From a virus (taxonomy: Duplodnaviria > Caudoviricetes), in IMG/VR virus record IMGVR_UViG_3300032237_000500, positions 1 through 44,296 of that record: DNA of 44,296 bases. One strand, given 5' to 3'. The position numbers and the translations under genes were made by a program. A model generated the notes under the pieces. The model saw nothing but the letters and a program-made list of their open reading frames with translations. It was not told the origin of the DNA and did not search any database. Shown piece by piece: positions 19,327 through 29,855 of the stretch; within the stretch, counting starts at the first letter, position 1, and every line of letters starts with the position of its first letter.

Positions 19327-20544
19327 TTAATGTTTAATCCATTTAGATTTACCTCTAAATACTTGAGTTATTTCTTCTAATTTAATATTTGAAAGTCTTA
19401 TTTTAGCGTTTCTTAATTTTGCTGATTTATCTTGTTGTAGTCTTCTAACAACATACTCCGTTGATGTTGAACGATGCGCCATAATTGAATGCAAAATATA
19501 AGCATATAATGCATCCTCCGCCATTTTTGGCACTCTTGAATCTAAATCATATGCTAATCCATCTGATATATATTCTAATACAATTAATTTCCCAACTAAA
19601 TTACTACTAAAAGATATTTTACCTTCTCTATCATTTATAGAAAAGTATCCATTCATATTTGCATATTGTGGATCTATTCCATATAATCTACCAAAGAATC
19701 TATCTTGCACCCAATTATCTCCATTATACCAACCATTCTCTAGATTTGTATTATCATTTACAACCGGAAATATATTATTAGTATTCCATCTTTCTTCTGT
19801 TAAGGAATCGCCTTCTATATTTGCATCAAAGTTATCTTGTATTGGCAATCCTCTTTGATCTTGTATTGGATTTTCATATGGATTTGTAGTTAAGGCATTT
19901 ACAGGATATATAGGATGTTTAACGCCATAATCATCGATCCATGACATTTTAACATAATTAACATAATCTTGAGGTATTGTAACACTTAAATTATGCGGTA
20001 TATTTAATTCTTGTGATTTAATACTTTTTAATGTATCATAACTAAATTCCTGCATACCTCGTTTTGCATGGAATATAACATCAGTTCTTTTTACAGCGCC
20101 AATTAATTTACCGGTACCAACATAGGCAACCATAAAGTTATTAATTATATCATTTAATGATATATATTGGTAACTACCATAATTTTCCTCTACAGTGTCT
20201 CCAAACGCATCCTTATCGCCATAATTACCACCATCAAGTATTTTTAATTGTACTACTACATAAGTCCCCTCGTCTAATGGAGTATCTGGAGTTATAACAT
20301 TATTAACTACCGTATATTCTAATATATATTCTTCAAAAGTTCCTGGCAATCCAGTAGGACTAGTATATAACTTAAAATTATTTAAAGCATAATTAATTTC
20401 ATTTGGGTCCCAATTACCAAAAACTAAATCTGTATTAAATGTAGTTGTAAATTTAGTTGTGCCTAATTGAGTTATAAAACCCTGAGCTCCTTCGTAATAT
20501 TGTCTATTTGTTTCGGTAATTAAACCATTGTTAGGTGTAGGCAT
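19327..20544 (-). CDS. Tail ring/adaptor-type structural protein
   Basis: Located between the capsid and nozzle genes. The 'IPQDYVNYVKMS' and 'VLEYISDG...VPKMAEDAL' segments fit the tail-tubular/ring protein layout. Confidence 0.55.
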   Translation of the reverse strand: MPTPNNGLITETNRQYYEGAQGFITQLGTTKFTTTFNTDLVFGNWDPNEINYALNNFKLYTSPTGLPGTFEEYILEYTVVNNVITPDTPLDEGTYVVVQLKILDGGNYGDKDAFGDTVEENYGSYQYISLNDIINNFMVAYVGTGKLIGAVKRTDVIFHAKRGMQEFSYDTLKSIKSQELNIPHNLSVTIPQDYVNYVKMSWIDDYGVKHPIYPVNALTTNPYENPIQDQRGLPIQDNFDANIEGDSLTEERWNTNNIFPVVNDNTNLENGWYNGDNWVQDRFFGRLYGIDPQYANMNGYFSINDREGKISFSSNLVGKLIVLEYISDGLAYDLDSRVPKMAEDALYAYILHSIMAHRSTSTEYVVRRLQQDKSAKLRNAKIRLSNIKLEEITQVFRGKSKWIKH

Positions 20545-20550
20545 TTTTTA

Positions 20551-21264
20551 TTAACTTTTTGAATTAACGGTTTCTGCTTGTACTTGTTGTGCCGCTATTT
20601 GCACTATTTGTGGATCTTTAATAACTATGCCTGAATAAAGCAATATTCGGGTTATTAAATTTGTTTGCTCTGTTGGATGTAGCTCAAAATTTTGTGAAGT
20701 AGTTGGATTATATACATATGTATAATACGGGGCGGTAGCTGTAAAGTTCCATATTGGATTTAATGGTTTTCTTATATAAGTACAAGATATACCACTTGTA
20801 ATAGTTTTTGGGTATACTGAAATTTTAAAATTATTATATGTATAAACCGGCCAATAGGTAGATGGTTTTGTTATTGGCGAAAGATTAAGTTCCAACAATT
20901 CATTTGGTTGAACATATTGGATTTCTTTTTCATCATTATATATAACGGTTCCTAATTTATAAAATTCATAAGAAGAGGTTAAAGTAGGCAAATCAAATGT
21001 TCTTCCGCTAATAGAGGCCGGACAATTACCAATTCCTTGGAATATTGCAATTTTTTCTTCTAAATTCTTTATACGATCACTATATTCACTATCATTGCCA
21101 GGCACTCTGAGTTGCTGGTTAAGATCGTCAAAATATTCATTAAATATCTCAAGTTGTACCTGAGCCGCTGTTTTATTGAATTCATCTGGAGTTAAGTATC
21201 CTCTTTGTTCTTTATTAATAATTAATAAAACGGTTCTATAAACCGTATTTACATTTACCGCCAT
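20551..21264 (-). CDS. Tail ring/head-tail connector protein
   Basis: N-terminal helices (INKEQRGYLTPDEFN...AQVQ), FDLP, and YIRKPxxP motif, as in crAss-like ring proteins. Position fits. Confidence 0.6.
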   Translation of the reverse strand: MAVNVNTVYRTVLLIINKEQRGYLTPDEFNKTAAQVQLEIFNEYFDDLNQQLRVPGNDSEYSDRIKNLEEKIAIFQGIGNCPASISGRTFDLPTLTSSYEFYKLGTVIYNDEKEIQYVQPNELLELNLSPITKPSTYWPVYTYNNFKISVYPKTITSGISCTYIRKPLNPIWNFTATAPYYTYVYNPTTSQNFELHPTEQTNLITRILLYSGIVIKDPQIVQIAAQQVQAETVNSKS

Positions 21265-21287
21265 ACTGTATATTTATTATAATATTA

Positions 21288-21311
21288 AGGCGGTAACCAA
21301 AGCCACCGCCT
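21288..21311 (-). promoter_or_regulatory. RNA hairpin in the intergenic region (weak terminator or 5' stabilising stem-loop)
   Basis: Minus strand aggcggtggc-tttg-gttaccgcct: 10-bp stem with two G-U pairs and a tetraloop, followed by only a weak U-tract. Confidence 0.55.
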
Positions 21312-21317
21312 ATATAT

Positions 21318-21328
21318 TAATATTACGT
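21318..21328 (-). promoter_or_regulatory. Candidate phage late-promoter motif, copy ACGTAATATTA
   Basis: One of four similar motifs in intergenic gaps. Confidence 0.45.
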
Positions 21329-21329
21329 A

Positions 21330-22181
21330 TTATTTTAATTTTTTCTCTATAGACTTAAAGACCTCTATACCTTCATCTGTTTTGAAGAATGCTGCCATAG
21401 CTGAATATGGATTTTCATCAAAAGGTACTGTCATTAATTTTCTATTATTTTCACCCCAATGGAATGTTCTATTATCTGGTGATAATTTTATAATGTTTGC
21501 TTCAACAGCTCTAATAGCTATATTTCTAAGTTGTACATTATCATCATTTGCTAGTTCTATAAACAAAGAAGGATTGTTTCTTGCTAATAATAACAAGTCT
21601 CTTTTTATCTCCTTAGAACTCATCTTATTCACTCTAGATCCAACTTCAACTCTAACAATAGATTCTGCTTGATCAATATCCATCTCTAAAGCAGCATTTA
21701 ATGCCATTACTTCTAATTCAAGATCTTCTAATTCATCTTCTGCTTCTAATGTTGGATCAAATTCAGTATATTTAATATTTAATGCTGGATGATAAAGTGA
21801 TAATAATTTTTGTAGGTTTTGTTTTTCTTTAGGCACATTTAATATACCATTTTCAAATATGATATGCCCTAAAGTTGCCTGCCCTTTTTGTTGTGAAACT
21901 AATGGAGAATTTTGATTAGTTGCATATCTTAATTCCTCTTGCTCTCCTGTTTCTTTATTAAACCAAATTAAAGGATACCTTAACGAGTGCTTACTTTGAA
22001 TAGTATATGTTAAGGGAGCATGACTGTCCGATATAATATATGTTCTATCTTTAATTACCCAGGTGTCTTTTAAAGTTTTTGGTTTTGTTTCTTTTGGTAC
22101 AACTGTTTCTTCCGTAGTAATTGTATCCACATCAAATTCATTTGATTCTAATTCTTTTTTTGTTGTTTGTTTTGTTGCCAT
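21330..22181 (-). CDS. Hypothetical protein downstream of the major capsid gene
   Basis: 283-aa ORF in the operon, with an acidic linker and helical C-terminal half. No recognised motif. Confidence 0.7.
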   Translation of the reverse strand: MATKQTTKKELESNEFDVDTITTEETVVPKETKPKTLKDTWVIKDRTYIISDSHAPLTYTIQSKHSLRYPLIWFNKETGEQEELRYATNQNSPLVSQQKGQATLGHIIFENGILNVPKEKQNLQKLLSLYHPALNIKYTEFDPTLEAEDELEDLELEVMALNAALEMDIDQAESIVRVEVGSRVNKMSSKEIKRDLLLLARNNPSLFIELANDDNVQLRNIAIRAVEANIIKLSPDNRTFHWGENNRKLMTVPFDENPYSAMAAFFKTDEGIEVFKSIEKKLK

Positions 22182-22205
22182 AATATAATATAATTTAATA
22201 AATTT

Positions 22206-22253
22206 TTAAAAGGTAATAATTACCCCCGTCAATTCAACGAGGGTAATATCACC
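22206..22253 (-). terminator. Intrinsic terminator after the major capsid gene
   Basis: Minus strand ggtgatattaccctcgt-tgaattg-acgggggtaattattacc followed by tttt, just after the capsid stop codon. Confidence 0.7.
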
Positions 22254-22259
22254 ATATTT

Positions 22260-23726
22260 TTACACTGATGCAGTAAACAATACGAAATTGTTAGCAGCTT
22301 GTGTAACTAAACATCTTTCAGATAAGAAGTGTACTTGCATTGCATCAAGATCAGAAGTATAAGCACCTCCAACAGATCCAGTAATCCAAGATTTCATTCT
22401 TCTATCGTCAGCTTGGTTAGCTCTATAACGAACGTGTAAGAATGGTCTACGGATATTAGTACCTAATTGTTGGTCATATACAGTAGATGTACCAGCAGGA
22501 ACAAGGATACCATCAATAGATGTATTAGCCATACCTCCACGAGTAGATGCATCATTTAAGTATTTCCAGTCAGTTTTGTAGAAATCGTAAGATCCACGAC
22601 GGAAACCAGAGAACCCTAAGTTCAATGCCATTTGCTCAGAGTTTTCAAATAAACCATAAGCTACACCACCTGCTGCACCAGCAGATAAAGAAGCAAGCAT
22701 ATCATCAAAGTCAAGAGAAGTTGCACGGTTTAAGAATAGCATGTTCTCCTCAATAGCTCCTTGAGTATCTAAGTTTTTCAAGATTGAATCAAAATCATTA
22801 AGCCCACTAGCAGCAGAGAAGTTGTTTACAACATTACCTCTTTCTTTAACAGCAGAGAATAAACCTTGAGTTCCTTTGATTTGGTTAGATCCTAATGTAG
22901 AACCACCAGAAACTAATTCACCCTCAATTACAGACATTTCTAAGTAATCTTCAAAACGTAATCTTGTTTCAGATTCTGCTTTCAAATACCATAAGTATCC
23001 AGATGCACCATCTTCTGTAGCAACTTCTACCCATCCAATTTGAGCAGTATCAGAACCAGAAATTTGGTATCTTTCTCTAACAATAATTGGTGAATTACTG
23101 TATTGAGTAAATGATGGCGTTACTGAGTTCATAGTGGCATCTGTATCTCCTTTTTTGAATTCAGAACCATATACAAATATTTTAAGATCACCACTGCCTA
23201 CAGAAGTAACAGGGAAAATAACAGCTCCAGTAGCTAAATCTGCTTGAGTATATGGTTTAACAGTGATAATTGCAGGATTAGTTGCTCCACCAGTTCCAGT
23301 AGTAGCATTAGCAGTAGAAGTAGTAACATAAACTTTAAGTTCTTTTCCTGTAGAAGGACTCATAACTACTAAAGTTTGTCCAACGGAAATAACATTGTTA
23401 ACAAAAGCAGATCCTGTACCGCCGGTAGCAAATTTTAATTCTGTAGCAGATGTACAAGATACATTATTATAAGCAATATGTAATCTATTTTGTTCAGACC
23501 AAACAACTTGATCAGAAGACATTGGCATCTCAGCTCCTACCATACGTAAGAATCCTGATAAAGTTCTATTACCATATCTTTCTACTTCTTGTTCGTAAAT
23601 TTCTGGTAAGTATTGTTGTGCAAAGTCATTACCACTACCATTTGTAAAGTTTAAGTAGTTAGTGTCTAATGCTTGCTGTTTTTGAGACGGTTTAATTGAA
23701 CCGAATTGAGGCGTAACATTTGCCAT
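22260..23726 (-). CDS. Major capsid protein
   Basis: Terminase-portal-scaffold-capsid synteny and a downstream terminator. The 'VVWSEQNRLH', 'YQISGSD' and 'GTQGLF' segments fit the HK97-fold capsids of crAss-like phages. Confidence 0.85.
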   Translation of the reverse strand: MANVTPQFGSIKPSQKQQALDTNYLNFTNGSGNDFAQQYLPEIYEQEVERYGNRTLSGFLRMVGAEMPMSSDQVVWSEQNRLHIAYNNVSCTSATELKFATGGTGSAFVNNVISVGQTLVVMSPSTGKELKVYVTTSTANATTGTGGATNPAIITVKPYTQADLATGAVIFPVTSVGSGDLKIFVYGSEFKKGDTDATMNSVTPSFTQYSNSPIIVRERYQISGSDTAQIGWVEVATEDGASGYLWYLKAESETRLRFEDYLEMSVIEGELVSGGSTLGSNQIKGTQGLFSAVKERGNVVNNFSAASGLNDFDSILKNLDTQGAIEENMLFLNRATSLDFDDMLASLSAGAAGGVAYGLFENSEQMALNLGFSGFRRGSYDFYKTDWKYLNDASTRGGMANTSIDGILVPAGTSTVYDQQLGTNIRRPFLHVRYRANQADDRRMKSWITGSVGGAYTSDLDAMQVHFLSERCLVTQAANNFVLFTASV

Positions 23727-23745
23727 AGTTTTTAATTTTTAATTG

Positions 23746-24918
23746 TTAAAATTTTTTTGTTTGGATCCTTAATTTAGAGGTATCCTCACTGCTTATAGAT
23801 TTAACTCTAAATCCATTAATGAATGGTTCACTAGCAGTTCTAGGAGCATCCATACTTGGATTTTTGGAATTACTAACAACTTGTTTAACAGCATCAGCTT
23901 TTCCTTGTTCATAAAAATGAGCAGCAATTTTGTCAGCATTCATTGCTGAATACAAAGCCTTGTGATAACCCGGCACATCTGTTACATTACCTTCTTTATC
24001 CAGAAACTTTCCGATGAAGGTTTGTATATTTGATTGGGTTTCTGCAACTTGATTTGGATTCTGAACATTATATCTAAATCTTTTTTCACCTAAGTTATAT
24101 TCAAAACCTTTGAATTCATTGTTGAAAAGATTAGACGTTTGTTTTTTAAACGCATCTTGTTGTTGAGCCACTTTGTTTTGCTCGTTATTATATCTGTTAA
24201 AAAAATCAACAGCTTTTTGTTGTTCTGCATTAACACCCGGTCTTGCCTTGATCTCTGCATAATATTTTTTCTTTGCTTCCTCTAAAAAATTTCTTGCTTT
24301 AGAAATTTCGTCTTTAAATGCTAATTTTTTTAATTTGATTTCTCTTTCATCATCAATTTCTTCATCAAAGAAAAATTTATCCTCTAAAAGAAATTCAACT
24401 TCATCGGCATCTAAATGAGGTTTTGTATTTTTATAATACTCTTTTAATAAAGCAACATTATTTACATTTGAATAATCGGCATTTAGTCTAACATAGTCCT
24501 CAATAGTTCCACCAGTCTCTTGCATAAAAGAAACTAATTTCTCTATATTGTCAGGTAATTCTACATTATTCTTTGTTTGTTCTTGTGTATGAAATTGCAG
24601 TTCTTCTTTAATGTCTGCAACTTCTTGTTTTATTTCTTGTTCAAAGATTTCTTCAATAACATCTTCAGCGGCCCCTTGGTTTCCTTCGACCACTTCTCGC
24701 AATTCCACTTCGGACTGTTTATTGCGTAACATGCTTTCATCTGTGCTTTGCTCTTGAATGGCATCTGTTTCTTCTTTAGGAATTACTACTTTTATTGGTT
24801 CTTCTTGCTTTTGTGTCAAATCAACCTTAATAGGTTCATCTGTTTTGTTTAGTTTTTTTGGCGAAGGTTTCTTTGTTTTTAATTTAAATTCCCCTTCTTG
24901 TTTTACTTGTTCTGACAT
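23746..24918 (-). CDS. Putative scaffolding protein
   Basis: Very acidic, disordered N-terminus plus coiled coils; lies between portal and capsid genes. Confidence 0.65.
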   Translation of the reverse strand: MSEQVKQEGEFKLKTKKPSPKKLNKTDEPIKVDLTQKQEEPIKVVIPKEETDAIQEQSTDESMLRNKQSEVELREVVEGNQGAAEDVIEEIFEQEIKQEVADIKEELQFHTQEQTKNNVELPDNIEKLVSFMQETGGTIEDYVRLNADYSNVNNVALLKEYYKNTKPHLDADEVEFLLEDKFFFDEEIDDEREIKLKKLAFKDEISKARNFLEEAKKKYYAEIKARPGVNAEQQKAVDFFNRYNNEQNKVAQQQDAFKKQTSNLFNNEFKGFEYNLGEKRFRYNVQNPNQVAETQSNIQTFIGKFLDKEGNVTDVPGYHKALYSAMNADKIAAHFYEQGKADAVKQVVSNSKNPSMDAPRTASEPFINGFRVKSISSEDTSKLRIQTKKF

Positions 24919-24948
24919 AATATGATAATATAAAATTGGTTAATAAGT

Positions 24949-27357
24949 TTATTCCATTTGTAACATGCCCCCTAAATCATTCATTAAGTTTTCCGCGTTA
25001 TTTTGAAAATCTTTTGGTAAAGAATCATTCTTACGTTGATCTATCAATTCTGATTGTTGTGTTGCTTGTATTTTTGTTCTCTCATCTTTTCTATCTTCAA
25101 GTTGATTGAACTTATTTGTGTCGGCTTGAACTTTTAATTGTGCTAATTGCATATCATAATTAAACTGTTCTGCCATTAATTGTTTTTTAATTTGAGCTTC
25201 CGTTTGTAACCTTTGAATTTCAAATTGTGATTTTGCTTGTTCAATATTAATGGCCTCTTGTGTTAATGCTTGCTGTTTTTGAACTTCAAACATCGCTGCT
25301 TTCTCTGCATTCTGCGAATTAGCATCTGCTTGCGCTTGTATATTTGCTAATTGTTGTTGTTGTACTTGATCTAGTTTCTTTTTTCTTTTTAACTTTAATA
25401 ATTGATTTGCTAATTTAAGATTTCTAACTTGTCTTATATCAATAGCATCCTCTAAATCAATTCCACCGTTTTGTAAAGATACTTGTATGTTTTGTTCTAA
25501 TTGTGCTTTTTCTTCTTCATCTGGCTCAATTTCCAAATAAATACCAAAGTCATGCAAATTTAACTTCTCCATTTCTTTTAGCACCTCAACATTATAAGTT
25601 GATATACTTTGTTTTAATGAATTTGCAGTTAATGGATTATTTAAACAATCAGCAACTCGTAATGATATATTCTCACATATCCTTGTTGTTAAATATATAC
25701 TTGCATCTTTAATGTGACGAGTTGCTACGTTAGAAGCATTAGCTGCTATTTTTTGCAATCCTACTAAAGCATTAGAATCAGGTTTACTACCATCAACAGC
25801 TTCATTGAGACCAGTAACGTCTCTAATCATTTGCAAGTAATACTGGTAGGTTTGTATTAAACTTTGTATTTTACCTTGACCACTTGATGTTGTTAATTCT
25901 TGTATAGGAACTTTTCCTCTATTTATTTCTCCATCTTGAGTTAAAGATCTACCTACAATACTACCAGTTTGGAAATACATATTTAATGCTTCCGCTGGAT
26001 TGTATTTTGTACCATTGCCTAAATCAACTTCCATTAAACCATCAACATCTAAGAATACCCCATCAGGCACTACTCTAGACATAACTTGTTGAAGTTTTAA
26101 GTGAGTTAATTGAATCATGTCTGCAAAAGAGATGCACTTAGTAACAATTGAATCAATTCTTCCTTTGTACATTCTAGGAGCAGTAATAGTATAATTCATT
26201 TTAACCTTACTGGTATCTGCTTGAGGGCGAGTCATATCATTGGATAATTTCCATTCCAGCATCATATTAGTGCCTATAATTTTAGCTCCTGTATATAATA
26301 CCTCTATTGTTCTTGATACCCTTTCAAAGTTGTCATTTGGAGGTGGATTAAAAGAATCTGTTTTTTCAATTACCTTTTCTAATCCATTCTCATTATTTTT
26401 TATTTTGAATACTTGATTCATATAAGTCTTATATTCAAAATATAATACTTGAACAGTATTCTCATCATAGTTACCCCATCCCTGAATATATTGTCTATTA
26501 CCAGGCATTTGTTGTATCTTAAGAAGTTCGTCTTCTGATATATATGGGAATTGTTTTTTTAATTCCGGTATTGTTATTGCCTTAACCTCTCCTACATAAT
26601 AAATATCTTCAAAATTAGGGTCTTCTGTATATGAATAAACTAAATAAGCCGGGTCTACATAATCTACTACAATTCCTTCTGATTTATTGAACGATGTTTT
26701 AACCGCCGCAATCCCAATTGTGGTTAAATCATAATTAAGTCTTTTTCTAGTAAGATCATATTTATTAGTTTTTAATACAGTATTTATTGCCTCTTCTTCT
26801 GCGATCTCAATAGATTGTTTATAGGAAAGTTGCATGTGCAAATCTAATTCCTCTTGATTTTCAGGAAGTTCATCAGGCGGTACATTTGATTTTGATATAT
26901 TAGTACCAGTTTTTGCTAATAGCCCCTGTATTATGGGTTGATTAACCATGTCAAATAACAAAGAAGAGGCATAATCCATTTTCTTTTTAACAGATTCTGG
27001 ATCTTGTGCAAATGCTCTTACATCATAAGTTTTTTGAGAAATACCATTAGCAACTATATCAACAAACTTTGATAATATAGGCACAGGTGTCCAATCTAAA
27101 TTCAAATAAGATAAATCACCATTGATTGATAACTCATCTTTATATTTTTGCACAGATTGTTCTCCCCTGGCATATAGTCTTAACCTATTAAAATTATTCC
27201 AATGTGTTAGATACCTATTACCACTAGTTCTTCCTTGATTAAACCACTCCTGTTCTATGGCTCGAGATACCTGTAATCCATATTCTTCAGAAGCCTTAGT
27301 AGCATCATCTACAACCTGACTAGGGAAAGCGCTATTTGGATTTGTGTATATATTCAT
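24949..27357 (-). CDS. Portal protein
   Basis: 802 aa, directly downstream of terminase. 'IRDVTGLNEAVDG' portal-type segment and a long Gln-rich C-terminal coiled coil (P22-like barrel). Confidence 0.85.
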   Translation of the reverse strand: MNIYTNPNSAFPSQVVDDATKASEEYGLQVSRAIEQEWFNQGRTSGNRYLTHWNNFNRLRLYARGEQSVQKYKDELSINGDLSYLNLDWTPVPILSKFVDIVANGISQKTYDVRAFAQDPESVKKKMDYASSLLFDMVNQPIIQGLLAKTGTNISKSNVPPDELPENQEELDLHMQLSYKQSIEIAEEEAINTVLKTNKYDLTRKRLNYDLTTIGIAAVKTSFNKSEGIVVDYVDPAYLVYSYTEDPNFEDIYYVGEVKAITIPELKKQFPYISEDELLKIQQMPGNRQYIQGWGNYDENTVQVLYFEYKTYMNQVFKIKNNENGLEKVIEKTDSFNPPPNDNFERVSRTIEVLYTGAKIIGTNMMLEWKLSNDMTRPQADTSKVKMNYTITAPRMYKGRIDSIVTKCISFADMIQLTHLKLQQVMSRVVPDGVFLDVDGLMEVDLGNGTKYNPAEALNMYFQTGSIVGRSLTQDGEINRGKVPIQELTTSSGQGKIQSLIQTYQYYLQMIRDVTGLNEAVDGSKPDSNALVGLQKIAANASNVATRHIKDASIYLTTRICENISLRVADCLNNPLTANSLKQSISTYNVEVLKEMEKLNLHDFGIYLEIEPDEEEKAQLEQNIQVSLQNGGIDLEDAIDIRQVRNLKLANQLLKLKRKKKLDQVQQQQLANIQAQADANSQNAEKAAMFEVQKQQALTQEAINIEQAKSQFEIQRLQTEAQIKKQLMAEQFNYDMQLAQLKVQADTNKFNQLEDRKDERTKIQATQQSELIDQRKNDSLPKDFQNNAENLMNDLGGMLQME

Positions 27358-29580
27358 TTACTTAATAATTTTTGATGTAGTTCCTTCGTTATTATATTTT
27401 TTAAATCCTAAAGGTACAGACACTATTTCTTTTTTTTCAGTTGGCATATATTTGTTTTTATTACAAGCCATTATTGCTAATCCTGAACTAATAGAAGCAT
27501 CGTGATTAGTTCTTTTATTTATATCAAATCTTGCCCAATCTTCTAATGTATCTTGGAAATACATTGTTCCATAACCCATTTCATTTAAACCTACATATTC
27601 TTCTATATAAGTTTCTATTGCTGCCGCATGAGCTTGTATTATATCTTGCGAGGAGTTTGGTATTCCTCCTATTTCTCTTTCTGTTGCTGATAGTTTATTA
27701 AATATTCTATCAGGTCTATTCATTGAGTAACCTCTGTATCCTCTTCTTTTAAAATGATATAATAACCTTGGTTTATTATTCTCTGCTAATATTGGCATAC
27801 CATAAAATATACACGCCATAAGCACATCTTCAAAAAAGATCTCAGCCGTTTGAGGTCTAGATATATATTGTAAAAAGAATGTATTAGACGGAGCATCTTC
27901 CATTGAGAATTTAGTTAATCCATGTAAAGCCCCTTTGGATCCTTTACCATCTGTAGTTCCTGATATATCATAAGGGTCACAACCAAATGCGCCAATATGC
28001 TCATTACCAGGATATTTCATACTATTCTTTAATATTATATTATTTTGTAAATGATAAGGAGGAATCCATGACACTAAAAATCTACCATCTTTGTTTGGAT
28101 AAAATATTACTTTGGTATCTTGTATACCACCTTCCCATTGAAAATTACCTTTAGTTAATATATTAGTATTTCTTAGATCATTATTATAATCAATTTGCTC
28201 ATATATTTTTGTAAGGTTAAATAAAGATTGTTTCGTTTCATCTCTAAATGCGTGTTGTTCCGTTCTCGGAAATTGTCTATAATATTCATTTAATCCATCA
28301 GAATCGGTTTTTAAACCATCAACCTCATTCTGCCAGTGTTCAATAACACCGTAATCTATTTCGTTTCCATCGATTCCTTTGATTGGGGTTTTTGGAGTGT
28401 CGAAGACAGGTAGGCCATAAGTATCAATGAATCCTTCGTACGACCATTCCATAGGTATGAACAAACTATATAATCCTGAATTAGTCTGTCCGTTGCGGTT
28501 TCTTTTCGTGACGTCTGAAGCATAATATAATTTTTTAAAATTGTCACCCCCTTTATCTAAAGCATTTGATGTTGAACCCATCATACACTTGCCAATAATC
28601 CTGCTACCTAATCTTAAACAGGTTTTAGTAACTCTCCAGTTATTTAATATATTATCAGGTCTCAACCATTTACCACTTTCATCATGAACTAGTAATTTAA
28701 GTTTTTCACCATCATAAGAGTTGTCTCCTGTATTCTTCCAATCTATTGTTGTATCAAGACCTTCAAGTTCTTCAGGGTTTTCTTGACTATCTAATTTTCT
28801 TCTTGTAAACTTTGAAGCAGGTACTCTATAAGCAAGTTCTGTTTTTGGTCTATCCATACCATCTTGTATGGGTTTAAAGAAGAAAGGATAGTTAAGAGAG
28901 ATTGGAACAACTTTGTCGGTAAACATTGTTTTAGCATCTGCTCCAGCTTTTGATAAGATTCCAAATCGAGCATCACTTGATATAGTAGCTTGATTAACTA
29001 ATTCTGCAGATGACATAAAAGAAAAACCGGAACGTCTATTTTTTAAATAACACATTCCATAACATCTTGGATCTGCTTTACAAGCTTCCCAAAATATAAA
29101 AAATAATCTATTTGATTCTCTAAAGTCTGGTGCGCCAACATCAATTTTGCTCCATTGCAAGTACATATAATGTGTACCAGTTATATATGTAGGACTTCCA
29201 TTATTATAAAAAGAAAAACCCTCTTCTCTACGTTTAAACTCATGATCAACATAATCATACCATTTTTCCTTGAAATGATCTGGATATTTATTCCAATCAA
29301 ATACACTTTTTATTTTTTCAAGTTCTTTTGGTATTTTTAATTGTTCCCAATATTGTTCTTCTTTTTTTGGCGCTCTTTTAAAAGATTCATCAATTAAAGG
29401 TAAAGCAATCCTTAAATTCTGTATCTCGTATATTTCTCCAATTTTACCTGTTTTGCTTATAATAATTAAATCATGCTCTTTATTATAACCGTATTTCCAT
29501 TTATTATATCGGTTTTGTTGTTTAATAACCGATTGTTTTACATAGTCAGGGAGTATTTTATAAAGTGTTTGCTTGTACAT
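27358..29580 (-). CDS. terL: Terminase large subunit
   Basis: Walker A variant LKNRRSGFS, Walker B LLVHDESG, coupling motif GST, and RNase H-type nuclease residues (GCDPYD, AENN, HDASIS). Confidence 0.88.
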   Translation of the reverse strand: MYKQTLYKILPDYVKQSVIKQQNRYNKWKYGYNKEHDLIIISKTGKIGEIYEIQNLRIALPLIDESFKRAPKKEEQYWEQLKIPKELEKIKSVFDWNKYPDHFKEKWYDYVDHEFKRREEGFSFYNNGSPTYITGTHYMYLQWSKIDVGAPDFRESNRLFFIFWEACKADPRCYGMCYLKNRRSGFSFMSSAELVNQATISSDARFGILSKAGADAKTMFTDKVVPISLNYPFFFKPIQDGMDRPKTELAYRVPASKFTRRKLDSQENPEELEGLDTTIDWKNTGDNSYDGEKLKLLVHDESGKWLRPDNILNNWRVTKTCLRLGSRIIGKCMMGSTSNALDKGGDNFKKLYYASDVTKRNRNGQTNSGLYSLFIPMEWSYEGFIDTYGLPVFDTPKTPIKGIDGNEIDYGVIEHWQNEVDGLKTDSDGLNEYYRQFPRTEQHAFRDETKQSLFNLTKIYEQIDYNNDLRNTNILTKGNFQWEGGIQDTKVIFYPNKDGRFLVSWIPPYHLQNNIILKNSMKYPGNEHIGAFGCDPYDISGTTDGKGSKGALHGLTKFSMEDAPSNTFFLQYISRPQTAEIFFEDVLMACIFYGMPILAENNKPRLLYHFKRRGYRGYSMNRPDRIFNKLSATEREIGGIPNSSQDIIQAHAAAIETYIEEYVGLNEMGYGTMYFQDTLEDWARFDINKRTNHDASISSGLAIMACNKNKYMPTEKKEIVSVPLGFKKYNNEGTTSKIIK

Positions 29581-29855
29581 TATTTAGATCTCCCTTCTGC
29601 AAAACCTTTAAAAGTCTTTATTGTAGGATCTTTATCTTCTTCTTCTAGCATACGGGTTTCATCCTGTATTCTACTTAGAATTTCAAAAGCATCAAATATA
29701 GCTAATTTCTTTGTTGCTGCAGCATTCTTTAATTTGTCTGCTGATAAATCATCATCACCATTATCTAAGATAGCCTCTTCTGCAACTTTAATTAATTCAA
29801 GAACTGCTTTGTGCCCAGACTGGATTATAGCTAGTTTCGTTTCCTTTATATTCAT
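29580..29855 (-). CDS. Small helical protein, candidate terminase small subunit
   Basis: Immediately upstream of terL with a 1-nt overlap; two-helix oligomerisation-like pattern. The call is positional only. Confidence 0.45.
   Translation of the reverse strand: MNIKETKLAIIQSGHKAVLELIKVAEEAILDNGDDDLSADKLKNAAATKKLAIFDAFEILSRIQDETRMLEEEDKDPTIKTFKGFAEGRSK

Noticed and set aside
2938-28976. Short same-strand out-of-frame ORFs (2938-3129, 28356-28547, 28791-28976)
   Set aside because: Fully nested in the giant gene or terL with no motif or initiation signal, and the host genes are intact.
27358-29580. Intron or intein in terminase or capsid genes, which are common in crAss-like phages
   Set aside because: The ORFs are continuous, and no LAGLIDADG, HNH or intein C/HN splice motifs were seen.
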